Of a stretch of DNA of 22,748 nt, positions 16,560 to 22,748 are shown one piece after another. The translations under genes and the position numbers were made by a program. Each line of letters opens with the position of its first letter. Position 1 is the first letter of the stretch. Below the pieces are notes generated by a model. That model had not been told where the DNA came from. It ran no database searches and worked only from the letters and a program-made list of their open reading frames with translations. Source of the DNA: a virus (taxonomy: Duplodnaviria > Heunggongvirae > Uroviricota > Caudoviricetes); IMG/VR virus record IMGVR_UViG_2671180674_000012, positions 1 through 22,748 of that record; one strand, 5' to 3'.

Positions 16560-17377
16560 AACTGGAAGATTTACCGAAATACTATTCCCCAAAATCGCCA
16601 GGCCTGACTGATGTATCCGCCTCGACGTCAAAAGATGCACTGAGTATCACTGATGTGATGGCTGCGCAGGGGATGACACAGAACCGGGCTGAGATGGGAT
16701 TTTCTGCGTTCCTGGGGAAAATGGGTATTAGTATGAATGACAGGGTGCGGGCAACAGAATTACTGACAGATTATGCATTAAGTCAGTGCGATCGTGTGGC
16801 GGCGTTAAGGAAACTTCCGGCAGAAATAAAACCGGCAGTGATGCGTATTATGGCTTCGTATGCTTTTGAGGATTATGCCCGCAGCGCAGCGAGTAAAAAG
16901 CAGTGCCCTTGTTGCCATGGGGAAAAATTTATTGAAAGCGAAGTTTTTACAAACAAGGTTCAGTATCCGGATGGTAAGCCGCCAGTATGGGCAAAGTGTA
17001 CAAAAGGCGTGTATCCGTCTTACTGGGAAGAATGGAAAAAAATCCGGGAGGTGGTGAAAGTTTCCTGTCCTGAATGTAAAGGGAAGGGGGAGATCTCCAC
17101 TGCCTGTAAAGACTGCCGTGGGCGTGGTGTTGCCATTCATCGTGAAGAGTCAGAAAAACGGGGTATGCCTGTTATCAGGGGCTGCCGGCGTTGTGGCGGT
17201 CGTGGCTATGAAAGACTGCCATCAACGGAGGCATTTAATGCCATATGCAAAGTGACGAGTGCTATCACGCTTGATACATGGAAAAAATCAGTGAAACGCT
17301 TTTACGATACGTTGGTGGTTCGGTTTGACATTGAAGAGGCATGGGCGGAGCGGCAGTTAAAGATGGTAACGCGATAG
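16556..17377 (+). CDS. Putative late antiterminator (Q-like) with four CxxCxGxG zinc-finger repeats
   Basis: ATGA overlap with rusA; CPCCHGEKF, CPECKGKG, CKDCRGRG, CRRCGGRG; positioned directly upstream of a promoter/terminator pair. Identity as Q is inferred from position. Confidence 0.55.
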   Translation: MKLEDLPKYYSPKSPGLTDVSASTSKDALSITDVMAAQGMTQNRAEMGFSAFLGKMGISMNDRVRATELLTDYALSQCDRVAALRKLPAEIKPAVMRIMASYAFEDYARSAASKKQCPCCHGEKFIESEVFTNKVQYPDGKPPVWAKCTKGVYPSYWEEWKKIREVVKVSCPECKGKGEISTACKDCRGRGVAIHREESEKRGMPVIRGCRRCGGRGYERLPSTEAFNAICKVTSAITLDTWKKSVKRFYDTLVVRFDIEEAWAERQLKMVTR

Positions 17378-17382
17378 TGTTG

Positions 17383-17410
17383 TTGATTTTTCCCGAATCT
17401 GTGGTAAATT
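17383..17410 (+). promoter_or_regulatory. pR'-like late promoter
   Basis: TTGATT (17383-17388), 16-nt spacer, TAAATT (17405-17410), immediately after the Q-like stop. Confidence 0.4.
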
Positions 17411-17458
17411 CGCCCTAACGATGGGCGTTTTGTGCCTGACGTTAGCGTGATTTCTACA

Positions 17459-17481
17459 ACCCGCCAGCGAGCGGGTTTTTT
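17459..17481 (+). terminator. tR'-like terminator downstream of the late promoter
   Basis: Short GC stem (CCGC/GCGG, loop CAGCGA) followed by TTTTTT; an earlier hairpin CGCCC/GGGCG with TTTT lies at 17411-17431. Confidence 0.5.
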
Positions 17482-17642
17482 GTTGTGATAGATAACAACT
17501 CCAGGTGGCATTCATTAGTGAATATTAGTTAATGTGTGCTGCCATGCGTTAAAAGATGTCAATTCGTTATTGACCGATATCAAATTATGGAAAGATGAAT
17601 TTCATTACTATTGAAAATCCGTTGTTTCAATAGGTGATATTT

Positions 17643-18359
17643 ATGCATAAACTAATTAAGCTGTTTTCATTTTTTATTGCACTATCGATATCTCAGTGTT
17701 ATGCCACTAGTAATGAATTCATAAGCGCCAGTAACAGTAGGGCATTTTCATTTTTTTTGCCTACAGGGCAAGCAATGGCTATCCAGTATCTTGATGGACT
17801 TAAAAGATATTCAGCGAGTGAGATTATAGACGATTTCAATAATAATGAATTGAGAGCAAAGAAAAAGTATAAAGATATATTCATCATAAACTCAACAGCG
17901 CGGGCGATTAAGCAAGACCTTGATGATAGGTTTTTTGTTCTGCTAAGGGATGGTAATAGTGGATTTGAATCGTTTTATGCTTACTATGATAAGAAATCAG
18001 AAGGTGACTTAGAGTTTCTTAACGAAGGTGATAATGTGGAGTTTATTTGCTCCAATGTTAAAAACATCATTATGCCAAGAGCGGAATGTTTTTCTATCGC
18101 TTTAAATCTTGAATCTAAAAATATTCAGGGAAACCCTATAAGATTTTTTGATAATGCTTATAAGTTGCAAAACACTTATAAGGCTACAAAAATAACATTT
18201 ATACTTTATTCTCTTCTGAAGGATAAAATTGAAAAGGACTGCGAAGAATCTATTGAAGCATGCAACCTGGCTGCCAGGAGGTTTACGGATAATGGCGCAT
18301 TACTTGACTCCATGCTTGAACCTTATGCGGATATGTTAAGTAAAATCGGTAACAATTAA
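17643..18359 (+). CDS. Secreted protein with Sec-type signal peptide and OB-fold (tRNA_anti-like) domain; AT-rich cargo
   Basis: AGGTGA RBS 5 nt before ATG; N-terminus MHKLIKLFSFFIALSISQCYA; central region resembles the tRNA_anti-like OB-fold pattern from memory; markedly AT-rich. Confidence 0.55.
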   Translation: MHKLIKLFSFFIALSISQCYATSNEFISASNSRAFSFFLPTGQAMAIQYLDGLKRYSASEIIDDFNNNELRAKKKYKDIFIINSTARAIKQDLDDRFFVLLRDGNSGFESFYAYYDKKSEGDLEFLNEGDNVEFICSNVKNIIMPRAECFSIALNLESKNIQGNPIRFFDNAYKLQNTYKATKITFILYSLLKDKIEKDCEESIEACNLAARRFTDNGALLDSMLEPYADMLSKIGNN

Positions 18360-18481
18360 CAAGGTTACATTCCAGGCATCCTGCCAGGGCTGCTTTTTTT
18401 ACCTCATTTACATCTATTGCTTGCTGGCTTTTTGGACAAGAGTTATTGGTATGTCACGTTAACCAGAAAAGGAAAAAAGAC

Positions 18482-18679
18482 ATGCTAAAACAGCAGGATA
18501 TGACCGAAACCGCCAGAGTGGTGTTTAATGAGTTAAGCGTCACCGAACCGGCGACCGTCGGGGAGATTGCACAGAATACTTACCTTTCACGCGAACGCTG
18601 CCAGTTAATACTGACCCAGCTTGTTATGGCGGGTCTGGCAGATTATCAGTTCGGTTGTTACAGACGCCTTTCGCAGTGA
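18482..18679 (+). CDS. Small HTH/winged-helix-like protein (65 aa), possible controller-type regulator
   Basis: ATG with AAAGGA RBS; TVGEIAQNTYLSRERCQLILTQLVMAGL is HTH-like; directly upstream of the methyltransferase. Confidence 0.45.
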   Translation: MLKQQDMTETARVVFNELSVTEPATVGEIAQNTYLSRERCQLILTQLVMAGLADYQFGCYRRLSQ

Positions 18680-18692
18680 AGGCTTTTTTATT
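18665..18692 (+). terminator. Putative terminator overlapping the HTH gene stop
   Basis: GCCTT-loop-AAGGC followed by TTTTTTATTT. Confidence 0.4.
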
Positions 18693-18829
18693 TGTGGTAA
18701 TGGGCGGCTGGTGGGTGTTAGCGGCACCTGCCAGCCATCTGCTCATGCGTTGGGGTCACAAGCAAACCTCAGGCCCATCTGCTTTGCGCAAAAGCGGAAT
18801 GAGCCTATCAGAGAAGTGCTTATTGATCT

Positions 18830-19876
18830 ATGATTAATACTGTAAAAATATCCAGTTGTGAGTTAATCAACGCTGATTGCCTGGAATTTATCCAGACCTT
18901 ACCGGAAAACTCTGTCGATCTGATAGTCACAGACCCGCCATACTTTAAAGTGAAGCCCGAGGGCTGGGATAACCAGTGGAAGGGCGACGCTGATTACCTG
19001 CAATGGCTGGACCAGTGTCTTGCGCAGTTTTGGCGGGTATTAAAACCCGCCGGAAGTCTTTACCTGTTCTGTGGTCATCGCCTGGCATCTGACACCGAAC
19101 TCATGATGCGTGAACGTTTTAATGTGCTGAACCACATTATCTGGGCGAAGCCGTCCGGACGCTGGAATGGGTGCAACAAGGAAAGCCTGCGGGCGTATTT
19201 CCCGGCAACAGAGCGCATTCTGTTTGCCGAACATTATCAGGGGCCATACCAGCCCAAAAGTGACGGTTATGCAGCAAAGGGGCGCGAGCTTAAGCAGCAT
19301 GTCATGGCCCCGCTGATTTCTTACTTTCGTGATGCGCGCGAATCACTGGGGATAACGTCAAAACAGATAGCAGAAGCCACCGGAAAGAAAAACATGGCTT
19401 CGCACTGGTTTGGTACCAGTCAGTGGCAGTTACCGAATGAGGCCGATTACAGTAAACTGCAGGCGCTGTTTGCACGTGTGGCGGCAGAAAAACACCAGCG
19501 CGGTGAACTGGAGCAGCCACACCACCAGCTGGTCAGCACATACAGCGAACTGAACCGGCAATATGCCAGCCTGCTGGAGGAATACAAATCACTGCGGCGT
19601 TATTTTTCCGTATCGGCTGTCGTTCCTTATACGGATGTCTGGACGCACAAGCCCGTGCAGTATTATCCGGGTAAGCATCCCTGTGAAAAACCGGCGGATA
19701 TGTTGCGTCAGATAATTACTGCCAGCAGCCGTCCAGGCGATTTGGTCGCAGATTTTTTTATGGGGTCGGGGTCGACAATAAAAGCGGCACTGTCGCTGGG
19801 ACGCAGGGCGATTGGCGTGGAACTGGAAGAGGAACGTTTTAATCAGACGGTCAGAGAAATAACGAAAGATTTTTAA
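18830..19876 (+). CDS. DNA methyltransferase, N6-adenine/N4-cytosine type, beta-class motif order
   Basis: DPPY catalytic motif near the N-terminus (LIVTDPPYF) and AdoMet motif FFMGSGST near the C-terminus; 348 aa. Confidence 0.85.
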   Translation: MINTVKISSCELINADCLEFIQTLPENSVDLIVTDPPYFKVKPEGWDNQWKGDADYLQWLDQCLAQFWRVLKPAGSLYLFCGHRLASDTELMMRERFNVLNHIIWAKPSGRWNGCNKESLRAYFPATERILFAEHYQGPYQPKSDGYAAKGRELKQHVMAPLISYFRDARESLGITSKQIAEATGKKNMASHWFGTSQWQLPNEADYSKLQALFARVAAEKHQRGELEQPHHQLVSTYSELNRQYASLLEEYKSLRRYFSVSAVVPYTDVWTHKPVQYYPGKHPCEKPADMLRQIITASSRPGDLVADFFMGSGSTIKAALSLGRRAIGVELEEERFNQTVREITKDF

Positions 19877-19984
19877 TTCAGTGATGATATAAGTTGTATA
19901 TTTCTGATACAGATGTATACACATATTTAAAACTGAACACCAAATATATTTTTGATGCCCACACAATCATTGTTAGTATTTGTG

Positions 19985-20008
19985 ACGACCTGAAGGTGGT
20001 CGTTTTGT
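19985..20008 (+). terminator. Putative terminator after the methyltransferase
   Basis: ACGACC/GGTCGT stem with 7-nt loop followed by a T-rich tract. Confidence 0.4.
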
Positions 20009-20433
20009 GTTCACAGGGTGTTAATACCACCGGAAAGGTCAGTGCTGACTTCCTGGTGATCAGTTTGTTGATTCAGTAATAACCGGTCAGCAGTGTGATT
20101 CCGGAAGTCAGCATTTTATGTGTGAGGGTAATTTCTGCTACCCGCACTGGTAAACAAATGAGGCATATCGTTTCAGCACTGGCGAGTTTCGCGGAGAACA
20201 GGTTTTGCAAGCGCCTTTGTCGTTCTTCATTCTGTAATATCTGACTGATTACAGTTTCGGTGCTGTTTTTTACATTGTTAACGTTGTGTATCATCGGATG
20301 GTTTTTATCAGAATGAGTCGCTGCCTGTTTCGGGGTCTGTGATTCGTCAGAATTACGTTGCAGGCTGACGAATCATTCTGGTAGTAACCATACAATTAAA
20401 CGCTGTCTAATTCTTATACGATGAATGCTTTGG

Positions 20434-20459
20434 GCCCGTCTCATGACGGGCATTTTTTT
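20434..20459 (+). terminator. Rho-independent terminator closing the repeat-rich noncoding segment
   Basis: GCCCGTC-TCAT-GACGGGC followed by ATTTTTTT. Confidence 0.5.
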
Positions 20460-20556
20460 ATCCGTGCGCAATGCCTGTTCTGTTATGGCATTTTTCATCT
20501 TTTCCCGGTTGGCTATTATTATGTTTTATTTTTCTGTATACAGGAGAATTGAGACT

Positions 20557-21048
20557 GTGATCACATATGCAGACATTCGGGCAAAGCAGGCTGAAATTCA
20601 GGAGGCCAGACAGGAGTACATCCAGCGACTGCGGGATATGGCAAAAAGGCTGGTCAAGACCTATGAAGACTCACTGGCATTGCCGAAACCACGATGGCTG
20701 GATATTGAGGGTAACTCCCATCCCTATGTTTATCTTTCTCATGATAGTTGTTGTGAGAAACCGGAGGATTTGCAGGTAGATTTTCAGGATGGGGTTACTT
20801 TTAATTTATATACGGTTGTTGATGATGATCCCCGCCAGTCTGTAAGTGTGAATATTACAGTGAGTATTCTGTTACTTGATGGCGACAACATGACGATTTC
20901 GGTTGATGGTTATCAGGCCAGGACATTTTCGCATGTGGATACCAACGCAAAAATTAATGAAGTGTGCGAATACATTAAAGACAGCATACTTATGTCAATG
21001 AATGAAGTGACGTTTGGCAAAAAATCCCTTTCAGAAGTGAAAGGGTAA
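20557..21048 (+). CDS. Hypothetical protein (163 aa)
   Basis: GTG start with AGGAG 10 nt upstream (the ORF-track start at 20425 lies inside the terminator and has a hydrophobic junk-like N-terminus); followed by its own terminator. Confidence 0.5.
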   Translation: MITYADIRAKQAEIQEARQEYIQRLRDMAKRLVKTYEDSLALPKPRWLDIEGNSHPYVYLSHDSCCEKPEDLQVDFQDGVTFNLYTVVDDDPRQSVSVNITVSILLLDGDNMTISVDGYQARTFSHVDTNAKINEVCEYIKDSILMSMNEVTFGKKSLSEVKG

Positions 21049-21083
21049 ACCAGCTGACACTCCGCTGATTCAGAAAATTATCA

Positions 21084-21108
21084 GGCTGCGCACGTGCGTG
21101 GCCTTTTT
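21084..21108 (+). terminator. Putative terminator after the 163-aa gene
   Basis: Imperfect stem GGCTGCG/CGTGGCC around the palindrome CGCACGTGCG, followed by TTTTT. Confidence 0.4.
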
Positions 21109-21245
21109 CATATCTGCGCCACGCCCGGCGCACATCAAAAAACCACAGAGCCTTTCAGGGGGGAGCTTACGGGATGGTCAGTGTGACTTTCTCTGTGGGC
21201 TGCTCATCCCGGGGCGAGGCTCACCCACTAAAAGGAAAAGTCACG

Positions 21246-21671
21246 ATGTTTGGTATTTTCAAAAAGAAAACCCGTAAGGCTATTACTGAAGTGAAGAAAA
21301 TGGAGAACCGCGACGCGGTGGAGGCGACCGTCTGGGGCGCGTATTCCATTGCATACGCTGACGACACCTGTGACGCGAAAGAAATTGCGGTACTGGAGAA
21401 AACCATTGCAGCACTTCCTGCCTTTGCGCCGTTCTCCGGTGAGATTGCCCAGATGAGCGCGAATATCCGCGCCCGTTATGAAGCATCGCCGCGTTCTGCC
21501 AATGCTGAAGCCCTCCGTCAACTGGCTGATGTCGCCGGTACTGATGATGCCGTTAATGTGCTGTGCCTGTGTCTGGATATCGCAGACCAGGATGGCATTG
21601 GTCCGGATGAAGAAGCACAGCTCAAGAAAATTGCTCAGGCGCTGCAGTTACCGCTGGAGCAGTACCTGTGA
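21246..21671 (+). CDS. TerB-like (tellurite-resistance TerB family) protein
   Basis: 141-aa product with AAGGA RBS; helical, acidic composition and motifs (EIAVLEKTIAALP, VNVLCLCLDIADQDGIGPDEEAQLKKIAQAL) resemble the TerB fold from memory. Confidence 0.6.
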   Translation: MFGIFKKKTRKAITEVKKMENRDAVEATVWGAYSIAYADDTCDAKEIAVLEKTIAALPAFAPFSGEIAQMSANIRARYEASPRSANAEALRQLADVAGTDDAVNVLCLCLDIADQDGIGPDEEAQLKKIAQALQLPLEQYL

Positions 21672-21826
21672 AAAGCGCACGCCTTGCGCTGGCTGCCGTC
21701 CTGCTGTTTCTGGTAGTGGCGGTGGATTTCACCGGACGGCTGATGTCGGTACTGGCTGATGGTGTACTGGTGGCGATGGCGCTGGTCGTGCTCCGGCCTT
21801 TATTCCGGAACAAAAACAACAGCTGA
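21668..21826 (+). CDS. 52-aa hydrophobic peptide, start overlapping the TerB-like stop
   Basis: GTG at 21668 overlaps TGA at 21669-21671; product VKSARLALAAVLLFLVVAVDFTGRLMSVLADGVLVAMALVVLRPLFRNKNNS has two hydrophobic segments. Absent from the ORF track because it is under 60 aa. Confidence 0.35.
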   Translation: MKSARLALAAVLLFLVVAVDFTGRLMSVLADGVLVAMALVVLRPLFRNKNNS

Positions 21827-21834
21827 TTATTTGA

Positions 21835-21862
21835 GCGGGCATTGAAAGCCCGCTGCATTTTT
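21835..21862 (+). terminator. Terminator between convergent genes
   Basis: GCGGGC-ATTGAAA-GCCCGC followed by TGCATTTTTA; overlaps the stop codon of the minus-strand DUF4145 gene. Confidence 0.45.
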
Positions 21863-22541
21863 ATTGCTGCTGTTCCTTAATGCGTTCCGGTAGCACAAAT
21901 GCCACTTCAAGGAACAGGCGGAGAAACGCCACAAACTCTTTTGCCTGTTCACCACTGGCCTCGAGCTCGTGCACAGCCTCATTGCCTTCCATACGGATTC
22001 GGTGAGCCCAGTTTCTCATTGATTCCGTCAGTATGCCGTCCTGCCGTGCCAGTTCAATGCGTGACAGCAGATTGCCTTTTTCGTACCCCAGGGCACGGAG
22101 GGCAACCTCGAGGACGCTACGGCAGCCAACAATGATACGCGGGGCGGTTCTGCCGGACCGAACATCCTCCTGCAACTCGGTGAAGACTGCGCGAATTTTT
22201 TCGGGATAGTGGGGGGAGTCATCGGGCAGCCTGAGTTCAGGATAGATTTTGATGCTTCCCTCAAGTGGAGCATTCAGCACCCAGGCTTTGTTGTTGATGG
22301 CTTTTTTCATGTCCACCAGTTCACTGACTGAACATTCGAATGCGATCATTAATGGGTTGTTACATTCTGTGCAAAAGTCTGTTGAGTATGCTTTTGCTGA
22401 TGTTATTTCAGAGGTGCGCGGCTGTTGCACGTAAAGCTTGTTTTCTGTAGCCGGGCGCCTGCTGTGGTACTGGGTGACCTCATTCAGAGAAATATGAACC
22501 TGATGAAGGCAGTACGGGCATCTAATTTTCAGGGAGTACAT
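21861..22541 (-). CDS. Zinc-ribbon plus DUF4145-domain protein
   Basis: ATG at 22541 with AAGAGG upstream; N-terminus MYSLKIRCPYC...CTECNNP; C-terminus matches my recollection of DUF4145 (RSVLEVALRALG...NWAHRIRMEGNEAVHE...FVLPERI). The ORF-track extension to 22730 lacks an RBS. Confidence 0.6.
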   Translation of the reverse strand: MYSLKIRCPYCLHQVHISLNEVTQYHSRRPATENKLYVQQPRTSEITSAKAYSTDFCTECNNPLMIAFECSVSELVDMKKAINNKAWVLNAPLEGSIKIYPELRLPDDSPHYPEKIRAVFTELQEDVRSGRTAPRIIVGCRSVLEVALRALGYEKGNLLSRIELARQDGILTESMRNWAHRIRMEGNEAVHELEASGEQAKEFVAFLRLFLEVAFVLPERIKEQQQ

Positions 22542-22748
22542 ATGACCTCTTCGACAGAAGTGATAACTGAATTTGAAAATTGCATAGCAGATTCTGCCAT
22601 TGATTCTGTAGCAGCGATAGAACGAAGGTTTGCTGCTGCTCAGACCCGGTATGGTCATGATGCAGCCGTCAAAGGGCTGGCAATGGCGTTTGTTATTGCG
22701 GAGAACCGCCGTCGCTTTATTGAAGCGCAAATGACACTAAAGCAATAA
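22542..22748 (+). CDS. Small hypothetical protein (68 aa), divergent from the DUF4145 gene
   Basis: ATG 22542 with AGGGAG SD at 5-nt spacing; product MTSSTEVITEFENCIADSAIDSVAAIERRF... ; the window ends at its stop codon. Confidence 0.5.
   Translation: MTSSTEVITEFENCIADSAIDSVAAIERRFAAAQTRYGHDAAVKGLAMAFVIAENRRRFIEAQMTLKQ

Larger units (their letters stand above)
1..22748. mobile_element. Segment of a lambdoid (Rac/Qin-like) prophage: integration module, immunity region, replication module, nin-like region, Q, and post-Q cargo
   Basis: Gene order int-xis-exo ... repressor / cro-like-ydaT-like-initiator-dnaC-like ... rusA-Q-terminator is the canonical lambdoid layout; tight start/stop overlaps along the plus-strand operon. 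Confidence 0.85.

Noticed and set aside
17486-17642. Possible tRNA genes downstream of Q, as in Stx phages
   Set aside because: No T-loop-like GTTCGAATC/GTTCAAAT motif or cloverleaf-compatible pairing found by eye here or in 19877-20556; not excluded without a dedicated tRNA scan.
19589-19966. 125-aa minus-strand ORF overlapping the methyltransferase 3' end
   Set aside because: Antisense to the well-supported methyltransferase CDS; no RBS.
20073-20294. 73-aa minus-strand ORF in the repeat-rich noncoding segment
   Set aside because: No SD upstream of its ATG and it spans the inverted-repeat block; more likely a chance ORF, though a small protein cannot be excluded without expression data.
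22425-22730. Longer overlapping versions of the two terminal ORFs (plus 22425-22748 and minus 21861-22730)
   Set aside because: Neither extended start has an RBS, while both internal ATGs (22542 plus, 22541 minus) do; the extended versions would overlap each other almost completely.
1-22748. CRISPR arrays or other mobile elements (IS or transposase)
   Set aside because: No regularly spaced direct repeats with unique spacers, and no transposase-like ORF or terminal inverted repeats were seen anywhere in the window.

Overview
The window reads as the integrase-proximal arm of a lambdoid (Rac/Qin-like) prophage, starting exactly at the int stop codon and ending at the stop of a small gene. Right to left on the minus strand: int, xis, a large multi-domain exonuclease, small early-left genes, and a CI-like repressor with a pL-like promoter. 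Left to right on the plus strand: a Cro/YdaS-like gene, a YdaT-like gene, an iteron-containing replication initiator, a DnaC-like loader, a run of tightly coupled small genes, an independently terminated Hok-family toxin, a DUF968 protein, RusA and a Q-like antiterminator with a pR'/tR'-like region. After the Q terminator comes about 5 kb of cargo made of separately terminated units. These are an AT-rich secreted OB-fold protein, a small HTH protein plus a DNA methyltransferase with no recognisable nuclease, a repeat-rich noncoding stretch, a 163-aa unknown, a TerB-like protein coupled to a small membrane peptide, and a zinc-ribbon/DUF4145 protein abutting a divergent small gene. A second cargo gene with its own promoter sits antisense to the early-left operon. 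The best candidates for an undescribed defence or exclusion function are the post-Q units and the antisense moron; none can be assigned a function from sequence alone. All calls are from reading the sequence and ORF track by eye; no searches were run and family assignments are from memory.
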